Assembly: GCA_026708265.1 (NCBI GenBank)
Contig: JAPOVI010000030.1
Location: 571 to 64,570, forward strand
DNA: 64,000 nt
Direction: 5' to 3'
DNA from: Acidobacteriota bacterium
GTDB taxonomy: Bacteria; Acidobacteriota; Vicinamibacteria; Vicinamibacterales; UBA8438
Below are positions 18,073 through 26,732 of this stretch, piece by piece. The notes under the pieces are model-generated. The model did no database searches. It had not been told where the DNA came from and worked only from the letters and a program-made list of their open reading frames with translations. A program made the position numbers and the translations under genes. Position 1 is the stretch's first letter. Every line of letters starts with the position of its first letter.

Positions 18073-19191
18073 ATGAAGATGAATCGTCGGATGAGCATGA
18101 ATATAAGCAGGCCGGGCCTGCTGGTATGGCTCCTGGCCGCGTGTCTCGTGGCTTCCACCGGCGCCCTGACGGCGCAGTCGGAGAGCACGGGGGCGCGGGG
18201 CGAGCAGGCATGGGACGAGGAAGCCGCCGCGGAATACCTGGACCAGCGGCAGAGCTGGTGGGCCGGCTGGTCGGTCGCGGCCCGGGACAACGGCACCTAC
18301 TGCATCTCGTGCCATACGGTGGTGCCCTATGCGCTGGCGCGACCGCACCTGGGAGAGGGGCCCGACGCCAAGCCGACCGCAACCGAGCGGGGGCTGCTCG
18401 CGAACGTCAGCCAGCGCGTCCGGGAGTGGCAGGACCTCGCCCCGGAGGGCGACCAGGCACGCGGGACCGAGTCGGTCCTGAACGCCCTGGTGCTTGCCAG
18501 CTCCGACGCACGGACCGGGAAGCTCGGCGACGATACCCGGATGGCCTTCGACCACCTCTGGGCAACGCAGGCGCGGTCCGGGGACCTGGAGGGGGCGTGG
18601 CCCTGGTTCGTGGTCGACCTGCAGCCGTGGGAGTCCGACGACGCCCCCTTCTACGGAGCCTCGCTGGCCGCGCTCGCCGTGGGCACCGCGCCGGAAGGCT
18701 ATGCGTCGACGGACGAAGCCCGGGAAGGCCTCGGACGACTCCGCGGCTACCTGGACGGGCTCTACGATCGCCAGCCGCTGTTCAACCGCCTGACGCTGCT
18801 CTGGGCGTCGACGACGCTCCCGGACGTGCTCGACGCGGAACAGAAGGCGGCGATCATGGAAGAAGTGCTCGCGCTGCAGGAGGACGACGGCGGATGGAGC
18901 CTCGCTTCCCTGGGCGAGTGGAAGCGCACGGACGGCACGACGCTCCCGACGGGCAGTGACGGGTACGCCACCGGTCTCGTCGCGTTCACGCTCGTGCAGG
19001 CGGGTCTTCCGAGCGAGAATGCCCAGCTCCGTCGGGGACTGTCCTGGCTCCGTCGCCATCAGGACCCCGCCGAGGGATCGTGGCCGGCCGAGTCGCTCAA
19101 CAAGGAGCGCGACCTCGAATCCGACGTCGGCCGCTTCATGCGCGATGCGGCCACCGCCTACGCCGTGCTGGCCCTGGCCGCGTCGGACTGA
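18073..19191 (+). CDS. Exported prenyltransferase/squalene-cyclase-repeat (alpha/alpha barrel) protein with CxxCH
   Basis: Signal peptide, CISCHT, QW-like repeats (LQEDDGGW, HQDPAEGSW), no DxDD. Start between 18073 and 18097. Confidence 0.7.
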   Translation: MKMNRRMSMNISRPGLLVWLLAACLVASTGALTAQSESTGARGEQAWDEEAAAEYLDQRQSWWAGWSVAARDNGTYCISCHTVVPYALARPHLGEGPDAKPTATERGLLANVSQRVREWQDLAPEGDQARGTESVLNALVLASSDARTGKLGDDTRMAFDHLWATQARSGDLEGAWPWFVVDLQPWESDDAPFYGASLAALAVGTAPEGYASTDEAREGLGRLRGYLDGLYDRQPLFNRLTLLWASTTLPDVLDAEQKAAIMEEVLALQEDDGGWSLASLGEWKRTDGTTLPTGSDGYATGLVAFTLVQAGLPSENAQLRRGLSWLRRHQDPAEGSWPAESLNKERDLESDVGRFMRDAATAYAVLALAASD

Positions 19192-19210
19192 CGCCGGGGC
19201 GGTTTGCCGC

Positions 19211-20326
19211 CTACCGGGTCGGGTTCCGGACCCCTGCGACCTCCTCGCCCCGGAACTCCGCCTCGAGCAACCGGGCACCCCGCATGATGCCCTCGAACGA
19301 GTAGTTCGCCTCGTGACAGGCGTACTCGTACATCTTGTCGTCGCTCCGCGACCACGCGTACTCGCCCGTGAACGGCGCCGTCCAGACCGTCGGGTCGTCG
19401 ACGGTGAAGCGGTAGACGAGCTTGTCGGCGCTCTCCATTCTGAAGCGCTCGATCACCGTCATGTTCCGCGAGCCCCGCGAGAAGGCAGGGCGATCCCGGA
19501 AGTTGGTGGTCTCGACGACCAGGGTGTCGCCCTCCCAGTGCCCGATCGAATCCCCCAGCCACTTCCGGATCTCGGGCGGATCGTGCTCGGCGTTCATCCG
19601 GATGACCCTCACGTCGTGGTTCATCTCGGTCAGGATCATGATGTTGTCTTCGGCCTGCACGATCCGCTTCTGGTTGTTGTAGAGGACCGGCAGCATCGGC
19701 GGGCCGGCCGTGGAGCCGAACCCCAGCAGGCAGCGCTCCGCGAGCGGCCGCTGCTCCATGTCGTCGAACGGGCCCGGCGCGTCCGGACCGGCCTCGAGCC
19801 AGTACGCGGTGCCGTCGTTCTGACGTGGCGGGCCCCCACTCCGAGCGGCGTCGGCGGCGATCCGCGCCTCGGTCCGCGGCGGATACCTGCCGTTCGGGGG
19901 GTCGACGAGGATGGAGGTGCGCCACTGCCCGTCGATCTGGAATGCCCCGGAGCCGGGGTCGATCCAGAAGGTGTTGTAGCCCCCGACGTTGCCCGAGGCA
20001 CCGGTCGACCCGTCCCCGCCCACCGGAGGGGCGCTGCGATTCGGGTCGCTGAGCTCGGTATTCACCGCGGGGACGATGTTGTTGCGGCGATCGAGCGCGG
20101 CCGTCGCCCGCGTTCCGAACGCCGCCGCCTCCTCGTCGGTCAGCGACATCGTCTCGCCCAGCTCGGTCGGACGCTGCATCGGCGTCAGCGTCCGGGCGTC
20201 GTAGGTGCCGGACAGGTCCGGACGACCGCTCGGCGTCCGCGGAATGTCGTCGGTCTGTGCCGCCGCGATCGGCGCCAGGCAAAGGACCGCGAGCCCCCCA
20301 ACACCGGTCGCTACTCGACTGCGCAT
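19211..20326 (-). CDS. Conserved exported hypothetical protein (Acidobacteria-expanded family)
   Basis: Signal peptide, GRPDLSG, ERCL, WLGDSIGHWEGDTLVVETTNF, EYACHE motifs. Confidence 0.8.
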   Translation of the reverse strand: MRSRVATGVGGLAVLCLAPIAAAQTDDIPRTPSGRPDLSGTYDARTLTPMQRPTELGETMSLTDEEAAAFGTRATAALDRRNNIVPAVNTELSDPNRSAPPVGGDGSTGASGNVGGYNTFWIDPGSGAFQIDGQWRTSILVDPPNGRYPPRTEARIAADAARSGGPPRQNDGTAYWLEAGPDAPGPFDDMEQRPLAERCLLGFGSTAGPPMLPVLYNNQKRIVQAEDNIMILTEMNHDVRVIRMNAEHDPPEIRKWLGDSIGHWEGDTLVVETTNFRDRPAFSRGSRNMTVIERFRMESADKLVYRFTVDDPTVWTAPFTGEYAWSRSDDKMYEYACHEANYSFEGIMRGARLLEAEFRGEEVAGVRNPTR

Positions 20327-20619
20327 GTGACCCTCCCCAAAGGCGTAACCGTGGACATCCTGGCCGGGCTGGACACACCCCGCTAACCACGTTCACGACG
20401 CCACGTCCCAATCCCCCGACAGGCGGATCGGTCCCCCGTCTCACGTCGATATACGGCCCGACCGAAGACGTCTGTTGTCGAGCATGCCCGTCCTGCCCGG
20501 CCGAGGTCAAGGCCCGATGCAGGTATCGAAAGGCGTCGGGCGGGGTCGTCAGGCGCGTCTTCCGGACGGGGCGCCCCAGCGAGGAGGGCCACCGCCGACG
20601 CGCGGGCCAAGCTCGCAGC

Positions 20620-20650
20620 TTGACACATGGTATAACACTCGCGTTATATT
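20620..20650 (+). promoter_or_regulatory. Sigma70-type promoter with embedded operator for the RelE-HTH TA pair
   Basis: TTGACA (20620-25), TATATT (20645-50), inverted repeat TATAAC-N6-GTTATA (20631-48). GTG start 6 nt downstream, so likely leaderless. Confidence 0.75.
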
Positions 20651-20656
20651 CAGTCC

Positions 20657-20995
20657 GTGGGGTGGGCTGTTGAGAGTTACCAGACAGAGGGCGGATCGGA
20701 CGTCCTCGATGAGTTCGTCGATGGTCTTGACCGTGAAGCACAGGCTGAAGCGATCGCGCTGCTCCAGCTTGTTGAGGCGCGAGGGAATCGGATTAGGCTC
20801 CCGCATTCGAGGAGCCTCGGCAAAGGACTCAACGAGTTACGCGGCAAGAAGTCGGGCGTGCGAATGTTCTACGCGTTCCGTCCAGGTCAGCGGGTCGTGG
20901 TGCTCGGTGGAATCGTGAAGAAGCAGGCCAGGATTCCGGCCGCTGTCCTTGCTCGGATGCGCGACCGACTGACTGATGTAAGGAAGAACGAGTAG
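20657..20995 (+). CDS. RelE/ParE-superfamily toxin (Gp49/DUF891 type)
   Basis: WAVESY..VLDEF..G..LPHSRSLGKGLNELR..RMFY..VVLGGIVKK consensus. Confidence 0.88.
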   Translation: MGWAVESYQTEGGSDVLDEFVDGLDREAQAEAIALLQLVEARGNRIRLPHSRSLGKGLNELRGKKSGVRMFYAFRPGQRVVVLGGIVKKQARIPAAVLARMRDRLTDVRKNE

Positions 20996-21008
20996 CGAGG
21001 TGGCCCAG

Positions 21009-21359
21009 ATGGCAAAGAAGCGCAAAGCGACCAAGCCCTGGCGTGCGTCCATGAATCGTCGGCTCGCGGCAGACGCGGGTCTGCCGGCGATGGTCGAACA
21101 GGAACTGCGGGCGATGGAGATCACGCAGGAGCTGGTCCGTATCCGCGAGCGTCAGAAGCTCACGCAGCAGGAGATTGCAGACAAGATGGGCGTCAGTCAG
21201 CCCCTCGTCGCACGTCTCGAACGCGGAGAAGCCCCGAACATCAAGCTCGGGACGCTGATCCGGTACGCTGCTGCGGCTGATACGTCGGTCACGGTGTCCT
21301 TCGAGCCCATGAAGAGAGCCAGGAAGAAGACGGCAGCGAAGGCTGCGCCCACCGCATAG
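21009..21359 (+). CDS. XRE-family HTH antitoxin
   Basis: RERQKLTQQEIADKMGVSQPLVARLERG..LGTLIRYAAA, downstream of the toxin. Confidence 0.88.
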   Translation: MAKKRKATKPWRASMNRRLAADAGLPAMVEQELRAMEITQELVRIRERQKLTQQEIADKMGVSQPLVARLERGEAPNIKLGTLIRYAAAADTSVTVSFEPMKRARKKTAAKAAPTA

Positions 21360-21411
21360 CCTCGCTTTGGTAGGATGTCTCCGCTTGGGCTGGCCGGGAG
21401 AGGAGCGAGCC

Positions 21412-22749
21412 ATGATCGTCACCGGGAGGTCGCTGCCGCGTCGCACGTTCCTGCGCGGAGCGGGGGCCGCGCTCGCGTTGCCCTTCCTCGACGCGATGGT
21501 GCCCGCGCTCTCGGCCGCGGCGCGGGCGGCCACGCCGGCGCGCCGGCTCGGGTTCGTCTACGTGCCGAACGGCGTCAACTGGACGCAGTGGACGCCCGAG
21601 CAGGCGGGCGCGGAGTTCGAGCTCTCCCCGTCGCTGCTGCCGCTCGCGCCGTTCCGCGACAAGCTGGTGGTGGTCTCGGAGCTGCGCTCGCGGCCGGCCG
21701 AGGCGCTCGGCGACGGCAGCGGCGATCACGCGCGCTCGTCCGGGGCCTGGCTGACCGGCGTGCATCCCAAGAAGACCGAAGGCGGCGACTACCGCGCCGG
21801 CAAGACGGTCGACCAGTTCGCGGCGGACCGGCTGGGCGCCGACACGCAGTTCCCGTCGCTGCAGCTCGCCATCGACGACGTCGGCATGCTCGGGGGCTGC
21901 GAGCCGGGCTACGCCTGCGCCTACCAGAACACGCTGTCGTGGCGCACGCCGACGACGCCGATGCCGATGCTGACCAACCCGCGGGTGGTCTTCGAGCGCC
22001 TGCTCGGCGGCGACGCGCGGACGCCGGAGGAGCGCCGCGCCCTCGCGCAGTCGCAGGCCAGCATCCTCGATTCCCTCCTGCAGGAGACCCGGCGCCTGCG
22101 CCAGCGGCTGGGCGGGCCCGACCGGCTCCGGCTGGACGGCTACCTGGACGGCATCCGCGAGCTCGAGGAGCGCCTGGCGAAGCTCGAGCGGCAGGGCGAC
22201 CTGGCGCTCTCGCCGGCGGATCTCCCAGCCGGGATACCGGACTCGTTCGACGAGCACGTGAAGCTGATGTTCGACCTGCAGGTGCTGGCCTACCAGGCGG
22301 ACCTCAGCCGCGTGACGACGTTCCTGATGTCGCGCGAGGCGACGCAGCGGACCTACGGCGCGCTCGGCATCGCCGACCCGCACCATGGGCTGTCGCACCA
22401 TGCCTACGACCCGGTGAAGCTCGCGAAGCTGGCGCGGATCGACACCTACCACGTCTCCCTGTTCGCGTACTACCTGGACCGGCTGCGCGCGGTCGAGGAC
22501 GGCGACGGCTCGCTGCTGGACCACATGCTGATCCTGTACGGCTCGTGCATGTGCGACGGCCAGATCCACAGCCATTCGAAGCTCCCGACGCTGGTGGCGG
22601 GGGGCGGCGGGGGCCGCGTGCGGGGTGGACGGCACATCGTCTGCGCGGAGGACACGCCGCTCACGAACCTGCAGCTCAGCCTGCTGGAGAAGGTCGACGT
22701 GGAGCTCGACCGCTTCGGCGACAGCACGGGCCGGGTGGCGGACCTCTAG
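21412..22749 (+). CDS. DUF1552 (HXXSHH) protein #2
   Basis: LPRRTFLRG Tat-like leader, YVPNG, GDHAR, CEPGYACAY, HHGLSHH, FGDSTG. GAGGAG RBS. Confidence 0.92.
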   Translation: MIVTGRSLPRRTFLRGAGAALALPFLDAMVPALSAAARAATPARRLGFVYVPNGVNWTQWTPEQAGAEFELSPSLLPLAPFRDKLVVVSELRSRPAEALGDGSGDHARSSGAWLTGVHPKKTEGGDYRAGKTVDQFAADRLGADTQFPSLQLAIDDVGMLGGCEPGYACAYQNTLSWRTPTTPMPMLTNPRVVFERLLGGDARTPEERRALAQSQASILDSLLQETRRLRQRLGGPDRLRLDGYLDGIRELEERLAKLERQGDLALSPADLPAGIPDSFDEHVKLMFDLQVLAYQADLSRVTTFLMSREATQRTYGALGIADPHHGLSHHAYDPVKLAKLARIDTYHVSLFAYYLDRLRAVEDGDGSLLDHMLILYGSCMCDGQIHSHSKLPTLVAGGGGGRVRGGRHIVCAEDTPLTNLQLSLLEKVDVELDRFGDSTGRVADL

Positions 22750-22768
22750 CGGCCGCGGGGAGGTGGAC

Positions 22769-25693
22769 ATGCGGGTGCGCGCCCGGGTCAAACCGTGGTT
22801 CTTCGTCCTGCTGGCGGCGCTGAGCCTGGGCGTCGCGGGCCGCGCGGCAACCAACGATGGCGACGCGCCGGTGGCGCGGGCGGCCGAGGAGCGCGACGGC
22901 GCGCGGCTACGGGCGCTCATCGCGCAGGGGGCCGACGTCAATGCGCCGGGGCCCGACGGCACGACCGCGCTCCACTGGGCCGTGCACTGGAACGACGCGG
23001 AGATGGCGCGCCTGCTCGTCGGCGCCGGCGCCGACGTCGATGCCGCCAATCGCTACGGCGCCACCCCGTTGTGGCTGGCCGCCGAGCGGAGCGCGGCCGC
23101 CGGGGCCAGCCGCCCCGGCCGCGACCTGAGCCCCGGCGGCGACGAGCGCCCAGGCCGCGACGACCTTCTCGGCCTCCTCCTGGACGCCGGAGCCGACCCG
23201 AACGCTCCGGCGCTCGGCGCCGGGGAGTCGCCGCTGATGGCGGCGGCCCGCGGCGGCGGCGCGGGGGCCGTCGCGCTGCTCCTGGCGCACGGGGCCGACC
23301 CGGACGCCCGGGACGGCTGGCGCCACCAGACGGCGCTGATGATGGCGGCCGGCAACCACGAGCCCCACCCCCACGTCGTCCGCATCCTGCTGGCCCACGG
23401 CGCGGATGTCCACGCGCGCTCGCGGTCCGCCGCGGAGGCCCCGTTCGCCGGCGGCGGGATGCGCGCGGTGGGGGGGATGACGGCCCTCCACTTCGCGGCG
23501 CGCCAGAACGACGCCGCGTCGGTGCGCATGCTGCTCGGGGCCGGGGCGCGCGTCGACGAGCGGGCGCCGGGCGGGATCACGCCGCTGCGCATGGCCATCG
23601 ACCACGGCTACCACGACCTCGTCGATCTGCTGCTGGCGGGCGGCGCCGACCCGGACGGGGCGGACGACGCGGGCTTCACGCCGCTCCATGCCGCCCTGCG
23701 CAAGCGGGCCGGGGGCAACCCCGAGCGCGGCGACCGGAGCGGCGGGACCGGCGGCGGCCGCTCGACGGCGCTGCTCGAGGATCTGCTGGCGCGCGGCAGC
23801 GACCCCAACGCCCGGCTCCCGCGGAAGCGCCTGCCGCCCAACTTCAACCCCGACGGCTACCCGCAGGTCAACAACGTGCAGTACGCCGGCGCGACGCCGT
23901 TCTGGATCGCGGCGCACCTTGCCGATCTGGAGGCCCTGCGCATCCTCGAGGCGGCCGGCGCCGATCCGCTCGCCGCGTCCATGGAGAACACGACGGCGCT
24001 GATGGTGGCGGCCGGCCTGGGCTACGCCACCCGCGGGCCGACCACGCGCCTCGGCGGCCGCCGGGAGGACACCGAGCCGGCGGTGCTGGCCGTCCTCGAG
24101 CAGCTCGTGGCCTGGGGCCACGACGTCAACGCGGTCAACGACAACGGGCAGACGGCGCTCCACGGCGCGGTGGCGGCCGCGGATCCGGCCGTGGTGCAGT
24201 TCCTCGCGGACCGCGGCGCCCGCCTGGACCAGCAGGACGCCATCGGGCGCACGCCGCTGGTCATGGCCGAGGAGCACACCACCGACAAGTACCGCACGAA
24301 CCAGGCCCTGAACACGGCCGACGTCGAGACGACCTACGCCCTGCTGCGGGGCCTGGAAGCCAGCCGTGAGCGGCAGGCCCGCGACGTGCCGCAACGGGAG
24401 ACGACCTCCGCCCCGCGGCGCCTGCAGGGCGAGGCCAGCGCGGCGCCCGAGTCCGGCGCGGCGTCCGAGTGGCCGGGCTGGGGCGGGCCGCGGCGCAACT
24501 TCACGAGCGACGCCGTGGGGCTGGCCGAGACCTGGCCGGAGGATGGGCCCACGGAGCTCTGGCGCCGTCCCTTGGGCGGCGGGCATTCCAGCATCCTCGT
24601 CGATGCCGGCCGCCTGTTCACGCAGTACCGCCCGCCGGCCGGCCCCGAACCGGATACCGGGCGTGAGGAACCGGATGCCTGGCGCGAGGAGGAGGTCGTC
24701 GTCGCGCTCGATGCGGCGACGGGCCGCACGCTGTGGGAACACCGCTATCCGGCATCCCTCGATGGCCTCGACGTCCCGCTGGGCGTCGGGCCGCACGCCA
24801 CTCCGCTCGTCGTCGGCGAGCGCCTCTTCGCCACCGGCACGAACAAGCAGCTCTTCGCCCTCGACAAGGCGACGGGGGACGTGCTCTGGTCGCACGACCT
24901 CGTGCGGGACTTCGGGGCGCCGCCGCACTACCGGGTCATGCCGCGCACGCCCGGCTACAGTTGCAGCCTGCTGGCCTACGGCGACCTCATCATCGCCACG
25001 GCGGGCGGCCCCGGGCAGTCCGTCATGGCGTTCCGCCAGGACGACGGGCGAGTCGTGTGGCGCAGCGGCGACTTCGCCATCGCGCCGGCCTCGCCCATCC
25101 TCATCACCGTGGAGGGAAGCGAGCAGGTGGTCGTGTTCGCCAGCGAGAGCGTCGAGGGGCTCGATCCGGCCACCGGGGCCCGGCTCTGGAGCCATCCCCA
25201 TCCCCGGCGCTTCGACGCCAACATCAGCACCCCGGTGTGGAGCGACGACGACAACCTGCTCTTCCTCTCGTCGGCCCACGACGGCGGCACCCGCGTGGTG
25301 GAGGTGACGGGGTCGGGCGTGCGGGAGCTCTGGTTCACCATGGCCATGCGCGTCTACTACGGCACCGCCATGCGGATCGGCGACCTCTACTACGGGAGCA
25401 GCGGCGACGTCGGGACGGCCTTCCTGACCGCCATCGACGCGAATTCCGGCGAGATCGCGTGGCGCGACCGAACCTTCGCGCGGAGCACCCTGCTCCACGC
25501 CGACGGCAAGCTCATCATCCTCGACGAGGACGGCGTGCTGGGGCTCGCCACCGTCTCCCGCCGCGGGCTGCGCGTGCTGGCGCAGGCGCCGGTCCTCACC
25601 ACCACGGCCTGGACGGTGCCCACGCTCGCCGGCACGAAGCTCTACCTCCGCGACCGCGCCGACATCGTCGCCCTCGACCTGGCCGCCCCGTGA
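22769..25693 (+). CDS. Exported ankyrin-repeat protein fused to a PQQ/BamB-like beta-propeller
   Basis: Signal peptide, ankyrin repeats to ~24350, linker, then WPGWGGPRRN and repeated LDAxTGxxLW blades. GGAGG RBS. Confidence 0.85.
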   Translation: MRVRARVKPWFFVLLAALSLGVAGRAATNDGDAPVARAAEERDGARLRALIAQGADVNAPGPDGTTALHWAVHWNDAEMARLLVGAGADVDAANRYGATPLWLAAERSAAAGASRPGRDLSPGGDERPGRDDLLGLLLDAGADPNAPALGAGESPLMAAARGGGAGAVALLLAHGADPDARDGWRHQTALMMAAGNHEPHPHVVRILLAHGADVHARSRSAAEAPFAGGGMRAVGGMTALHFAARQNDAASVRMLLGAGARVDERAPGGITPLRMAIDHGYHDLVDLLLAGGADPDGADDAGFTPLHAALRKRAGGNPERGDRSGGTGGGRSTALLEDLLARGSDPNARLPRKRLPPNFNPDGYPQVNNVQYAGATPFWIAAHLADLEALRILEAAGADPLAASMENTTALMVAAGLGYATRGPTTRLGGRREDTEPAVLAVLEQLVAWGHDVNAVNDNGQTALHGAVAAADPAVVQFLADRGARLDQQDAIGRTPLVMAEEHTTDKYRTNQALNTADVETTYALLRGLEASRERQARDVPQRETTSAPRRLQGEASAAPESGAASEWPGWGGPRRNFTSDAVGLAETWPEDGPTELWRRPLGGGHSSILVDAGRLFTQYRPPAGPEPDTGREEPDAWREEEVVVALDAATGRTLWEHRYPASLDGLDVPLGVGPHATPLVVGERLFATGTNKQLFALDKATGDVLWSHDLVRDFGAPPHYRVMPRTPGYSCSLLAYGDLIIATAGGPGQSVMAFRQDDGRVVWRSGDFAIAPASPILITVEGSEQVVVFASESVEGLDPATGARLWSHPHPRRFDANISTPVWSDDDNLLFLSSAHDGGTRVVEVTGSGVRELWFTMAMRVYYGTAMRIGDLYYGSSGDVGTAFLTAIDANSGEIAWRDRTFARSTLLHADGKLIILDEDGVLGLATVSRRGLRVLAQAPVLTTTAWTVPTLAGTKLYLRDRADIVALDLAAP

Positions 25694-25728
25694 GCCCGCG
25701 CGCTCACAACCGGTGGTAGGCTGGTAGT

Positions 25729-25983
25729 GTGCTCGACACGCACGCGATCGCTCGGGAGTTGACGGCCGCCGGCATCGAGCCCCACCACGCCGACGCCATC
25801 ACGAACGCCGTGCGCCGGGCGGCCGAGCACGACGCCTCCGGATTCGACGTCAGCGTCGTGGCCACCAAGGCCGATCTGACTGCGCTCGAACTCCGACTGG
25901 TGAAGTGGATGATCGGGGTCGTGTTCGCGGGTGCGGGTCTTGTGATCGCGGCCTTGCGTCTGCTCCCCGCAGGAGCCGGGTGA
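25729..25983 (+). CDS. Short DUF1640/CCDC90-like membrane-anchored protein
   Basis: MLDTHAIARELTAAGI..HADAI, VATKADL neck, RLVKWMIG anchor. TGGTAGGCT extended -10 6 nt before the GTG. Confidence 0.8.
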   Translation: MLDTHAIARELTAAGIEPHHADAITNAVRRAAEHDASGFDVSVVATKADLTALELRLVKWMIGVVFAGAGLVIAALRLLPAGAG

Positions 25984-26014
25984 GAAGCTGGCCTTCGCAA
26001 GCCCGTCGGTTCGG

Positions 26015-26398
26015 CTACGCCTTGCCGGTGCCGTCGGTCGGCTCCTCCCCATCCCGGCCGTACTTGCCCTTCCACTCGTCGATGTGCGTCCGGTCCGACA
26101 GGGGGACGTTCGTGCGGTAGGCCGCGCGGGCGATGGCGTGGGCGGCGACCGGAGCCGTTACCAGCAGGAAGATGACGGTCAGGGCGGCGATTGCTATCTC
26201 GGCCGTATCCCGGAAGTAGAGGGCGGCGGCGGCGAACACCAGGCCCACGCCCAGCGTGCCGGCCTTCGTGGAGGCGTGCATGCGAATGAGCACGTCCGGC
26301 AGGCGCAGGATGCCGAGCCCGGCGACGAACAGGAAGAAACCCCCCGCCAGCAGGCACGCGGCAACGACGAGGTCCGACCACGGAAGGTCACCGGCCAT
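26015..26398 (-). CDS. mrpG: Mrp Na+/H+ antiporter subunit G
   Basis: GILRLPDVLIRMHASTKAGTLG..TAPVAAHAIARAAY. Confidence 0.93.
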   Translation of the reverse strand: MAGDLPWSDLVVAACLLAGGFFLFVAGLGILRLPDVLIRMHASTKAGTLGVGLVFAAAALYFRDTAEIAIAALTVIFLLVTAPVAAHAIARAAYRTNVPLSDRTHIDEWKGKYGRDGEEPTDGTGKA

Positions 26399-26732
26399 CC
26401 GTTTCCTCCGTCCGTTCGGTGGGCCGTTCGCCGCGATTGTGCAACTCGTTGATACGCTCGGCGTACCAGGCGAAGGCGACGGTCGCCAGGAAGGCCACCA
26501 GCGCCAGCGCCACCGCGATGTCGAGAAAGTCGGGCTCGGTGTGCGTGATGGCCAGCAGACCCGCGATGGCGACCGCCAGCACGGTGATGAGGTCGACCGA
26601 TACGACGCGATCCGGCAGGCTCGGTCCCCGTATGAGGCGTACGAACGAGAGGACCAGCCCCAGCACGGTCAGGGCCATGGTGACGTTCACCGCCCACAGG
26701 ACGATCTGCGACTGCGCCTCCGGATCCGTCAC
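26388..26732 (-). CDS. mrpF: Mrp antiporter subunit F
   Basis: RLIRGPSLPDRVVSVD..FLDIAVALALVAFLATVAFA. GTGA overlap with mrpE. Confidence 0.92.
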   Translation of the reverse strand: MTDPEAQSQIVLWAVNVTMALTVLGLVLSFVRLIRGPSLPDRVVSVDLITVLAVAIAGLLAITHTEPDFLDIAVALALVAFLATVAFAWYAERINELHNRGERPTERTEETDGR

